This document shows, piece by piece, positions 24,802-35,850 of a stretch of 64,000 nucleotides of DNA (its first letter is position 1; every line of letters starts with the position of its first letter). The position numbers and the translations under genes were made by a program. Origin of the DNA: Narcine bancroftii (taxonomy: Eukaryota); assembly GCF_036971445.1 (NCBI RefSeq), contig NC_091477.1, positions 114,452,001 to 114,516,000 of the forward strand, read 5' to 3'. The notes below the pieces were generated by a model that was not told the DNA's origin, did not search any database, and was given only the letters and a program-made list of their open reading frames with translations.

Positions 24802-26886
24802 CAGGTAGTCCCCAAGTTACAACCTATGTGACTTACAGCCATTCATACATATGACTGAGAGAAAACATCTGCGATAGTGACCATCTCTCAGTTGTCATTC
24901 AGTAAGCACAGTAAGATGAAGGCGAGCATGAGGAAAAACCCATCCCCTGCTGATAGATTTGGCAAAAAGCTGAGGAAGATGCTTGATTTGGAATTGAAAA
25001 TGAAGGCAATCAACCAATATGAAGGAGGATAAAAAGTTAATGTGATTATACGTGGTCTACAGTTGTCCCATTCGATGGTCTCCACAATTTTAAAGGACAA
25101 CGGAAAAATATGGGAAGCAATGAAAGGTTTGGCAAGTACGAAGAGCATGATAGTGAAAAAGCAACGGCAAAGACAATAGGCTCCAACTATAACTCCAAAG
25201 CCTTGGAGTGAGGAACGACAGGCTTTATTATACTTTAGACGTAGCTAGCCTGATTCCAAGTGCTCGACTGAGGACAGGGAAAGGGAGGTCGACCTTTATT
25301 CCAGAGTAACAAGGGGAGGAGTTATCAGGGAACGAGTCACCAGTTGGGGGACGGAGCAGCTACCCCTCAGCAGATACCATCACAAAAGGTCCATCCACGA
25401 AATGGTAAAGTTGTTGATGCTGTGGCTGGAAGATCAAATTCAAAAACCTAGACCACTAAACTTATGAACAATTCAGCCGAAGGCAAGAAGTCTTTTTGAG
25501 AAGGAGTGAATGGGAGAGGATTACATCGAGAACTTCACGACAAGTCATGGTTTGTTCAATAGATTTAAAAGAAGATACAGCTTGCACAACATTTGAGTCA
25601 CAGATGAAGCAGCAAGTGCTGAAGAAGGAGCTGCCAAAAAGTTCATTAAAAGTTTGGTTGAGTTAATCCATGGAGAAGGATATCTACTTGACCAAACTTT
25701 CAATGTCGATGCAACAGGACTTTTTTGTAAGGGGATGCCAGAGCGAATGTGCATTCATAAAGCAGCTAACACCATGCTAGGATTTAAGGATCGAGTAACC
25801 TTGTTACTAGCAGGTTTTAAGCTTAAGGTTTTCCTGAATTACCTTTCCAAAAACCCGCTTGCATTCCAAACCATTAATAAGCACACCCTGCCTGTCCACT
25901 AACAATCCAACCCCAAATCTTGGATGGCTAGGTCTTTGTTTGAAGACTGATCTGTAAACTGTTTTATTCTCAGCATTTGGGAATATCGCTTAGAAAATAG
26001 CTTCACATTCAAGATTCCATTAATCTTAGACAACACCCCTGGAGATCTCTCTCATCTGGATGACCTTCAACCTGACATTAATGTAATATTTTTGCCACCA
26101 AACACATCTATCATTCTGCCGATGGATCAAGGAGCAATAGCAACTTTTAAAGCTTATAACCCTCAATCAATATTTCCATAAAATGGGGAAGAATCATTCC
26201 CAATTTTTGGAAATGTTACACCATATTTGAGTGCATCAAGAATATCACAGCAGCGTGGGAGGATGTGACTACAAAATGCATGAATGGAATTTGGAAAAAA
26301 ATGTCTCAAACGCTGCAAACACACGTTTAAAGGCTTGGATGAAGAAGATGCGTATGAAAAGAGAGATGTGGATGATAGGAGGAATTGACCAATGAAGAGT
26401 TAATCGAATTAGAAGAAAAATTCATGGAGGAGGAAAGAGGAAGAGAAAAAAGAGTAGGAGCCACAGAAATCATTCACTGTAAAGGGGTCGGCAAGTGTGC
26501 TTTCACAAGTCATTAAAGCCCTTACCGATTTGGAAAGCATGGACCAGAATGTCCAAAGATTCGCCAAGGTTGATCGATAAGTTCAGGTAGCTTTAAATTA
26601 TTGTCATCAAATCTATGAGGAAAAAAGGAAACCAACAATCCAAACAAATTTAAACATGTTCTTCAAACATCCCCCCACAACTCCTGCCCTCAGCCCACCA
26701 AGATGAAGATTGTGACGACCTACAGACAAGTGCACCTAAGGGATCAAGTTCAGATGATTAAAATATTGATTAAATGGCTTGATTTAAGACTTCTACATGC
26801 CATGCTAATATAGTTACGACTTACGTCTATTCAAGGTATGACCGGTCAATCAGAACAGAACACGATCGTTTGTTGAGGACCACCTG
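24802..26886 (+). mobile_element. Full-length Tigger/pogo DNA transposon, inactivated transposase (TIGD1-like)
   Basis: TIRs TA|CAGGTAGTCCCCAAG and TTGAGGACCACCTG. CENP-B HTH (RKMLDLELKM..LSHSMVSTILK; EMVKLLMLWLED; SHGLFNRFKRR) and DDE motifs FNVDATGLF, KDRVTLLL, LILDN, FLPPNTS..PMDQGAI. Many stops. Confidence 0.92.
25166..25384 (-). mobile_element. Short solo LTR inserted in the Tigger transposase
   Basis: Interrupts KKQR|KGP. Minus strand starts TGTGATGGTA and carries AATAAA motifs. Confidence 0.6.
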
Positions 26887-26889
26887 CAT

Positions 26890-27665
26890 GCAATCCATTG
26901 ATCATTGGGGGATCAGAGGTGATGAGCAAATTTAAATTCTTGGGAGTCTCTATCTCGGAGGATCTTTCCTGGTCCCAATACACTAATGGCATCATGAAGG
27001 AAGCACGTCAGCTTTACTTGCTTAGGAGTTTGCGGAGGTTTGGTATGACACCAGAAACTCTGGAAAAGTTTTACAGATGTGTCGTGGAATGTGTGCTGAC
27101 CAGCTGCATCACGATCTGGTATGGGGGCGCCAATAGCTCTGAGCTTAAAGCCCTCCAAAGACCCAGCACATCACAGCAGGCAAACCCCCCCCCCCCCCCC
27201 CCCACTATCGACAACATCTACACGGAATGCTGCTGTCAGAGAGTAGCAGCATTGAGGAGCAGCCATCACCGAGCACACTCTCTGTTCTCACTGCTGTCAT
27301 CAGGAAAGTGGTCTAGGTACCACAAGGCTCACTTCACCAGGTTCAGAAACAACTGCTTCCCCTTCACCATCAGACTCCTCAACAACAAAGTCAATCAGGG
27401 ACTCATTTAAGGACTCTTACTTGTGCACGTCATTGATTTTTTAAAAATTCTCTCTGTATTTCAGTTTGTTTACATTCGTTATCTGTTTACTGTTCTTTGT
27501 TTACATGTCTATGCTGTGTGCAGTCTTTTTGCACTACCAATATGTAGTGATTCTGCCTCATCTACAGGGAAAAGAATCTCAAGGTTTTATGTGATGTCAA
27601 GTATTCTGTCAATAAATCTAAAATCTGAAAATCTGGTCTGAATCTAAAATCTAATAAACTTGAAC
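26890..27665 (+). pseudogene. Rex1/Babar 3' end
   Basis: 170-aa ORF FKFLGVSISEDLSWS...LYLLRSLRRFG...CITIWYG...HSLFSLLSSG..RFRNNCFP. Tail GTCAATAAA with AATCTG-like repeats. Confidence 0.9.
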
Positions 27666-27711
27666 TTGTACTGGTGACTCAAGATTGACACCTAACTAAA
27701 AATTAAACAAG

Positions 27712-29573
27712 TTGGCAGACAGAGTAAAAATAAATCCAAAGGGTTTCTATAAGTACATTAAAAGTAAAAGATTAGTGAGGGATAAAATTGGACCACTTGT
27801 AGATAGTGAGGGTAGGCTGAGTGAGAAATCAGAGGAAATGGGGGAAATTTTGAATGATTTCTTTGCCTCGGTATTCACTAGGGAAAAAAAATATTGAACC
27901 AGTTGAGGTAAAGAAAAATAGTGGGGAGGTCATGAAGCATATAAGGATAACCGAGGAGGTAGTGATGGCTGTGTTGAAAAAGATGAAGGTGGTTAAATCT
28001 CCGGGACCGGACAAAATATTCCCAAGGACACTCAGGGAGGCTAGTGGACAGATAGTGGGGCCATTAACAGAGATATTTAGGATGTCACTGGCCACGGGGG
28101 TAGTGCCAAAGGATTGGAGGGTGGTGCGTGTGGTTCCGCTGTTTAAGAAAGGGTCTAAATGTAAACCTGGGAATTATAGGCCCGTGAGTCTGACGTCTGT
28201 GGTGGGCAAGTTGATGGAAAGTGTTCTGAGGGATGGTATTTACAAATATTTGGAGGTACAGGGATTGCTAGGGAGTAATCAGCATGGGTTTGTCAGGGGT
28301 AGATCATGCTTGACAAACCTGATTGAGTTTTTCGAGGGGGTTACAAAAAAGGTTGATGAAGGGAAAGCTGTGGATGTTGTCTATTTAGACTTTAGTAAAG
28401 CTTTTGACAAAGTTCCCCACAGGAGGTTAGGGTAAAAGGTGGAGGCATTAGGTATAAATGAGGAGGTAGTGAAATGGATTCAGCAATGGTTGGATGGGAA
28501 GTGTCAGAGAGTAGTGGTAGAAAATTGTTTGTCAAATTGGAGGCCGGTGACTAGTGGAGTTCCTCAGGGATCGGTCCTCGGTCCACTATTGTTTGTTATA
28601 AATATTAACGATCTGGAAGTAGGGGTGGAGAATTGGATAAGCAAGTTTGCGGATGATACAAAGATTGGTGGTGTTGTGGACAGTGAGGAAGATTACCATA
28701 GATTAAAAGGTGATTTAGGAAGGCTGGAGGTGTGGGCTGAGAAATGACTGATGGAATTTAATACAGACAAGTGTGAGGTGTTACATTTTGGAAAGGCAAA
28801 TTTAAATAGGTCATATGCATTAAATGGTAGGCTATTGAGATGTGCAGAGCAATAAAGGGATTTAGGAGTTGTGGTAAATAGTACCCTCAAGGTTGATACT
28901 CAGGTAGATGGTGTGGTGAAGAAGGCATTTGGAATGTTGGCCTTCATAAATCGGAGTACTGAATTCAAGAGTAGGGAGGTTATGATGAAATTGTACAAAA
29001 CATTGGTGAGGCCAAATTTGGAGTACTGTGTACAGTTTGGTCACCAAATTATAGGAAAGATATAAACAAAATAGAGAGTGTGCAGAGAAGGTTCACGAGA
29101 ATGTTGACAGGATTTCAAGGTATGAGTTACAGGGAAAGGTTGTGCAGAGTGGGGCTTTTTTCTCTAGAGCGTAGAAGATTGAGAGGGGACGATAGAGGTG
29201 TTTAAGATTTTAAAAGGGACAGACAGAGTAAACGTGGATAGGCTTTTTCAATTAAGAGTGGGGGAGATTCAAACTAGAGGGCATGGTTTAAGATTGAAGG
29301 GGGAAAATTATAAGGGGAACATGAGAAGAAATTTCTTTACGCAAAGGGTGGTAGGGATGTGGAATGAGCTTCCGACAGATGTGGTCGAGGCGGGATCATT
29401 GGTTACATTTAAGGAAAGACTGGATAGTTACATGGATAGGAGAGAACTGGAGGGGTATGGACCGGGTGCTGGTCAGTGGGACTAGGAGGGTGGGGATTTG
29501 TTATGGCATGGACTAGTAGGGCCGAACTGGCCTGTTCTGTGCTGTAAGTGGTTATATGGTTATATGGTTATGT
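27712..29573 (+). pseudogene. Young 5'-truncated CR1 LINE (RT domain to tail)
   Basis: KSPGPD, VVPLFKKG, NYRPVSLTS, QHGF..GRSCLTNL, YLDFSKAFDKVPH, SGVPQGSVLGPLLF, KFADDTK, TRGH, FFTQRVV. Few stops or frameshifts. Tail (GGTTATAT)n. Confidence 0.95.
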
Positions 29574-29717
29574 TAAAGTCTATCACTACCATTACATGCC
29601 TGGAAATTATCTTAATTATAATTGTGAAGGTCATTAGAGAAGTTTGTTACTGACCTTAGATTTTCATCCTTAGGTTCTATGCTTGTCACTGTTAGAAACC
29701 CAATGGTTAAAGGTCAA

Positions 29718-30809
29718 TGTAAGCAATATATTTTGATAAGTATTTATATGAACAAATCTTTAAATCTTTTGTTAGAAATCATTGTTAGGTTATGGCTTAT
29801 ATTATATATTATATTATACATAAATATGTATTTAAAAGAGATAGATTGCGGGGTTTAGTGTAGGTCACTTCACAAACAGAAACTTATACTTCACATCTCA
29901 TTCAAATTCCAAAAGTTTTGCTAAAGCCAGAAATTCAGGCACCAGTGGCTTTGCAAAATACATGGAACTACTTTGGAAGGAACTTCAGAAGTAGGTGCAA
30001 AGGGAACAACGTACATGCAGAGATGGATAAGATCTTTCAAGGATTGGGTTTGGAGTCCTGCAAGAAGTTTTGGATTTTACAAGCAGAGAGAAAGAAAAGA
30101 ACAAGCAGTATTTCTATTATAGAGAGAGAGAGAAAAAATGGAGTTCTACAGTGGCTTTTGAGGCTGCAACATGGCAAGTTGGCAGGCTTGTTGACAACCC
30201 CATTTTGAAGATGGGTTGTGGGTTTTGAGTTCAGCCTGTTGAAAACTCTTATAACCCTTACAAGAGAATATGGTTGGCTAGAATGTTTCTCCTGAAATAA
30301 GAGAAACAAGAGGAACTTTGTGATAACCTGGAAGAAGAGGTTATCATTTGAAAAACCCTGATTGGGCAAGTTTCTTTGGCAAGACATTGAAGTGGCTGAT
30401 CGGAGGAAATCAGTTTGTGTGTGTGTCAAACGAGCAACAAATCTCTCTCTGAAACCAACAAGAACCTTCCTGAGTAGTAATCATTTACCTTTAAGCACCA
30501 GAGCCTGGTGAAAATTCATAAATGTTAAATTCTGTGCACAGTATAAGAATTGCCTGATACCGGTGAACTTGGAGAAGTGAGAAGTGAATGACTGGACTAG
30601 TAAAGCAAAGAACTGTCCTGAACAAATGCATATTACATACATGTGCACTTAGAATTAGAAGGGGGTTAAGTTAAGTTAATAGTAATAAGTTAATGTTTGA
30701 TCCTGTTTTTATGTTTAAAGAAAATTAAAAGCAACTTTTGTTTAAGTAACCATTTGTCTTGGTGAATTTCTATTGCTGCTGGATTTTGGAGTCCTCTGGG
30801 CTCGTAACA
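29718..30809 (+). mobile_element. ~1.1-kb solo LTR
   Basis: TG...GGGCTCGTAACA with ATTAAA near the 3' end. Homologous to 14575-15100, 31672-31848 and 32876-33883. 5' boundary uncertain. Confidence 0.75.
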
Positions 30810-30971
30810 GTTAGGTCAAGGTCTTCCACTTGCCACTCATCTCCAACCATGGCCACTCCCACTCCCACAATCAACAACCCACTTCTCATTTCATGCTGGA
30901 AATTTAAGCTGTAATAATTCAACAATTTGAATAGATCTCCTGCACTGCATCAAAATGACCACCTTGAAAAT

Positions 30972-31075
30972 ATCTTGAGGAAGATCTCAGGCCTGAAACA
31001 TCGGTTATATATCATTACCTCCTATGGATGCTGCAAGACCTGCTGAGTTCCTCCAGCATTTCTGAGTTTTCAGTG
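30972..31075 (+). mobile_element. PLE pseudo-LTR with hammerhead motif
   Basis: CTTGAGGAAGATCTCAGGCCTGAAACATCGGTT..CCTCCTATGGATGCTGCAAGACCTGCTGAGTTCCTCCAGC. Confidence 0.8.
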
Positions 31076-31089
31076 ACCACTGCTCATGT

Positions 31090-31280
31090 GGAAGAATACT
31101 GGACTGAGATAGTGGAGCACTGTTGGAGGTGATGTTAATGCAGTTTATTTGTGAGAGCTTGCTGTGAACCAATAAACTCTTTATGTTGCAGTAATTACAT
31201 TCACTAAGTACTGGGTAATTGATTTTCTTTGAACCTATTTGAATTTCTATGAAAGACACCAAATAAATGTAAGTCCTTTG
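31090..31280 (+). mobile_element. Deu-domain SINE remnant
   Basis: GTGGAGCACTGTTGGAGGTG (Deu core) and tail ATGAAAGACACCAAATAAATGTAAGTC. Confidence 0.55.
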
Positions 31281-31569
31281 ATTTACAAAAATATAATTAA
31301 TTAAGCTTTACCACTTTTAAAAGAAACGGATTGTCAATGACAATCTGAAGGCCTGCAGACTGAAACCGTTAAAGCAGAAATTCTCTGCCCTTATGCCTCA
31401 GAACTTACCATCATAAATGCTCCATGAGCAGCTCCAAGGCGCCGACTCCAATCCCTCTTCAACCTAATGTCAGCGGTGGAGCGGAGCGCTCCGCCACACA
31501 TCACAAATATATGGCTGCTGCAAGCAGCTGGCTAGGGGCAGGTTGATGATGTCGTGATGACGAGGTCAG

Positions 31570-32480
31570 GGCTGAGTGAAGGCTGATGGAACTAAATCCA
31601 GGCAAGTGAAGAAATGAATTTTGGGAAGTCAAATTCTGGTCAGAATGTGCAATGAACGGGGGACTTGATGTTGCTCGTTTGACACACACACAAACTGATT
31701 TCCTCTGATCAGCCACTTCAATGTCTTGCCAAAGAAACTTGCCCAATCAGGGTTTTCCAAATGATAACCTCTTCTTTCAGGTTATCACAAAGTTCCTCTT
31801 GTTTCTCTTATTTCAGGAGAAATACTCTAGCCGGCCATTTCCTCTTGGAATATAATATATGAATGTGGCGGCAGAGTGCATAGAGCAATGAAAAAGCATT
31901 TGGTATATCTGTTTTCACAAACCAAGGCATTGAGTATAAGTGTAGGGATGTTGTGATGCTGTTGTGGAAAATATTGGTTAGACAGCACTTAGAGCAGTGT
32001 GTACAGTTCTAGTCGCTACATTACAGGAAAAATGTGGTAGCAATTAAGGGAGTCCAAAAGAGATCAACCAGATTGTTTTTTTAGAATTAGGAGAGATTAA
32101 ATAAGTTCACTGGAACATTGGAGGCTGAGGGCTGACCTTATAGAGGTTTATAAAATTATTAGGCACATAGATAGGATTAGTCATCAGAGACTTCTTTCCT
32201 GCACCAGAGGAGACTGGAACAAGAGGGATACATTTAAAAGAGATCTGATGAATGGGCTTTTACACAGAGAGTGGTGGTTATGTGCAATATGCCGCCAGAG
32301 GGGTTGATAAAGGTAGATATGACTGTGAAGTCTAAAATGCATTTGGATGGATACTTGGATAGGAACTTACAGAGGGATTTGAACCTAATGTGGGATGATG
32401 GCATTAGTATTGATCAGCATAATGGGGCAGCATGGACAAAGTGGACTATAAGGGCCTATTTCTGTGTGGTATGATTCTGA
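31570..32480 (+). pseudogene. Old CR1 3' part, interrupted by an LTR fragment (31672-31848, minus)
   Basis: ATGGAACTAAATCCAGGCAAGTG (MEFN..KC), LVR.HLE.CVQF, LR.DLIEVYKI. The insert is the reverse of about 30270-30435. Confidence 0.75.
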
Positions 32481-32875
32481 GTCAATGACCTTGCATTCGT
32501 TCTAATCCAATTGTTACCTTTCTTTCTCTCAGAAGATGAGTCTTTCAAGAATTTTGTGTTTATTGAATTTTATTTTTATTTTTCATGAACTATGTTTATA
32601 TTTTGCATCTTCTAATCTGTAACTGAAGGTATTAATCCACTGTACTGGTATAATTAATACTTTGCATCTGTTTAGATTACTGACTGACTGGATACTTCAT
32701 CATATGACCACTTGCCTCTAACCACCCAATCAAGTCAGACTCCATGCTTTTTATGCCCAAATATTTGTTGTAAAATAATAAGGATCAAATAATCTTCAAA
32801 TTTATGTTTAAAACCTCAGTACATTTCATCCTAGATTGTTCACAGAAGCCTTCCACAAATTAAACTTGACTCCAA

Positions 32876-33883
32876 TGTTATGAGCCTAGAGGACCCCAAA
32901 ACCCAGCAGTAATAGAAGTTCACCAAGACAAATGGTTACTTAAACAAAAGTTACTTTTAATTTTCTTTAAACATGAAAAAAGGATCAAACTTTAACATTA
33001 CTATTAACTTAACTTAGCCCCCTTCTAATTCTAAGCGCACGTGTATGTAATGTGTGTGTAAGTTCAGAAAAGTTCTTTGGTTCACAGTCCAATTTCACTT
33101 CTCGCTCCTGCAAGTTTACTGGTTGCAAGCAATTCTTATACTGTGCACAATATTTAACGTTTATGAATTTCACCAGGTTTTGGTGCTTGAAAGGTAAATG
33201 GTTACCACTTAGGAAGATTCTTGTTGGTTTTCAGAGAGAGATTTGTTGTTTGCTGGACACAAACTGATTCCTTTTTAATCAGCCACTCCAGTGTCTTGCT
33301 GAAGAAACTTGCTCCATCAGGGTTTTCCAGATTACCTCTTTCTTTCAGGTCACCACAGAGTTCCTTTTTGTTTTCTTCATTTCAAGTTGTATGGACCACA
33401 AGGACTTTGACCAGTCTGAACTAATAACTCACAACCAATCTTCAAAATGGGGTTTTTCCACAAGCTTGCCAGCTTGTCCTGTTCCAGTTCCAGCTGCTAC
33501 TGAACTGTAGAACCATAGAACTGAATTCTCTCTCTCTCTCACTCAGAGAAAACCACGTGACCCTCTTAGAACAGCCAACTGCATTCAGACAGACTGCGGC
33601 TCCAGACCTAATCTTTCAAGTTTGTTCAACCGTTGCATTCCAAAACAAGAGTCCATTGCTCCACAGCGTGTCCAATTAACACTTACTTGTGAAGTCCTTA
33701 TAGGCATTCTTCAAAGTTTTTGGAAAGCCACCCAGAGCCTGGACTGTCTGGCTTGAGGCATTTTAAATGAGATCTGTTTTGAAGTGTTTGCATGTGACCT
33801 ACTCTTAAAAAAAAAACCTGCCAAAATTTGTCTCCTTTAAAACATATCTATATACAATACAAAATATAACATAATCTGTCACA
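32876..33883 (-). mobile_element. ~1-kb solo LTR
   Basis: Plus-strand termini TGTTATGAG...CTGTCACA. Flanks CCAA and CCAG (4-bp TSD, one mismatch). Confidence 0.85.
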
Positions 33884-33939
33884 CCAGGAAGATCCTTGAG
33901 GGTTGTATACTGTGGGTGAAATACAATTTTTTTTCATTG

Positions 33940-34150
33940 AGATGTATAGCATGGTAACACACCCTGTCAGCCCATGAGCCCTCCCTCCAAAATCACTAAT
34001 TAACCCACAGACCCCATGCATTTTTGAAGGGTGGGAGGAAACTGGAACACCCAGAGGAAAGCCTCACAGACATGGGGAGGATGTACAAATTCCTTACAGA
34101 GAATGCTGGATTCGAACCTGAGTCACTGGCTGTAAAAACTTTAAGCTAAC
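33940..34150 (-). mobile_element. tRNA-derived V-SINE
   Basis: GTGGGAGGAAACTGGAACACCCAGAGGAAA..CAGACATGGGGAG..TACAAATTCCTTACAG..GGATTCGAACC (reverse of V domain and B box). Confidence 0.85.
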
Positions 34151-34622
34151 TCTCATCAATTGGAACTTTGTTCTCATTCATGAGACCATATCCTGCTGCT
34201 TCTGAAGATACAATGTTTAACCTATTAAAGCAGCTATTCATGTACTGGTCAAACAGTTTGGAATTCCTCTCTGTAACAAGACACCAGCACATCTAAAATT
34301 GGGTCCTGATGTAACTTGCAATTGAATTTAGCATCCCTGCAACTAAAGGGTCCTGAATCTGGTTATTTCCCTTGATGGTCTGTCTGGGACTGAAGGACTT
34401 CTGCACAGGAAATCATGGAATATTTAAGACGACGCCCTGGTTAGAATACATCTGGAGCCCAATGCTCATTTCTGGGCACTACACCACATTTTGCTTTGGA
34501 GAGGGTTAGCACAGAGTCACCAAATGATATCAGAGCCAAAACTTTAAATTAGAAGGACTTTTCTGAATTATCTTAAGAATTGAACCAATTTCAATGGAAG
34601 AACTTAGAATGATTAAAGGGGT

Positions 34623-35105
34623 TAAACAGGAAAGTCTGCAGATGCTGTGACTGTAGTGCAATACACAAAAGTGCTGAAGTGCTGGGGAAATTGCCAGCAA
34701 AGGGTAACCATCATTTTGTGCCTGAAGCCTTCATCCAACTATGAGCAAACAGCAGGCAGGTGCCTGAATGACAAGGTAAGGGGAGGAGAGGAGAAGAGGG
34801 AGGAAGTGGCAAGGGGAGTAGTACAGAATAAGCAATAGGTCATTGGTGGAGAGAGGTGAGAGGAAGGAAGAGAAAAAAATTGAGAAGTGATAGAAGAGGT
34901 AGATCTCTAAATGGAGGGGAAAGGGAAGGGGTTGGGGAGATGCAGTAAAAAAAAAGACAGAGGGATAGGGAAGAGGGAGACTCAGGGGAGGGCTTTAATG
35001 GAAAATAGAGAAGTTAATATTAATGCTCTCTGGTTGGAGAGTGCCCAGACAGAATATTAGGAATTGTTCGTCCAAGCATTTGATAGTGTCATGTGGCAGA
35101 TACCA
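34623..35105 (-). mobile_element. PLE 3' end (GIY-YIG C-terminus plus pseudo-LTR)
   Basis: Minus strand 34996-35073 encodes DEQFLIFCLGTLQPESININFSIFH*. Degenerate hammerhead GGATGAAGGCTTCAGGCACAAAA at about 34714-34737. Confidence 0.8.
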
Positions 35106-35319
35106 CGAAAAGGAGGTATAATCTTACAAATGGAGCTGAACTATCTGGGGCTGATGCAGATCCAGAATATTGTCTTGTGAAAAACTGATGAGTGTAATTC
35201 GATGGCAGTAGGTCAGAGGGGCACTCTTGGTACTGGGAGGGAAATAGTTCTCATGCTCTGCACGTGACTCAGTAGCTCATGCACATTCCACTCCCAAAGT
35301 TTGGTGAACTTAATGAGAG

Positions 35320-35850
35320 CATAGAACATAGAATATAGAACATTACAAGACTGTACAGGCCCTTTGACCCATGATGATATGCTGGCCAATATGTACCTAA
35401 CAAAAAAACTAAGACGTCCCTAGCTCATAACCCTCTATTTTTCTTTCATCTATGTTCTTGACTAAGAGTCCCTTAAATGCCCCTATTGTTCCAGCCTCCA
35501 AGACATGGTAAGGCATTACCCTTGAAGCCTCTTCTAAACTTTCCTCCCTTCACTTTGTAAAGTAAAGGTCCCATAATTGTCATGTAATACTACATTTAGA
35601 ATGGAATATATATGAAATTCTTTAACTTTTGTCTATCGTAAGGCAGAGTTGCCACTTTGTTCAACACCCCTCACAGAAACCTACAGCACCTGGAGTTCCT
35701 GGGTAGTCTCCCTTCCAAGTACTGAACCTGCGATCTTCCGAGATCAGACAATCCCAGGCATATTCAGGTTATTAGGCTTCTCTGCTACAAATATCCTCTG
35801 GCGTATGCTACTCCTGCCCTGGAAAAAAAAGTCCTATCTACCTTGATTAA
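35320..35850 (-). mobile_element. CR1 3' end hosting the 5S-derived SINE
   Basis: (CATAGAA)n tail, CAGGCCCTTTGACCC, AAGAGTCCCTTAAATG. Resumes after about 35785 with TATCCTCTGG..CCCTGGAAAAA. Confidence 0.7.
35562..35777 (-). mobile_element. 5S rRNA-derived SINE (SINE3 class) with Rex1-like tail
   Basis: Minus strand 35777-35677 aligns to 5S rRNA (CCTGAA..GCC...GTCTGATCTCGGAAG..GCAGG..AGTACTTGGAAGGGAGAC..CC.GGAA..CCAGGTGCTGTAGGTTT), followed by about 115 bp ending TTACATGACAATTA. Confidence 0.85.

Noticed and set aside
31481-31494. Perfect 14-bp GC palindrome GCGGAGCGCTCCGC
   Set aside because: Isolated, with no matching motif or RNA family recognised. Could be chance.
35677-35777. Functional 5S rRNA gene
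   Set aside because: Internal deletion, many substitutions, no tandem array, and fused to a retroposon tail. Reported as a SINE instead.
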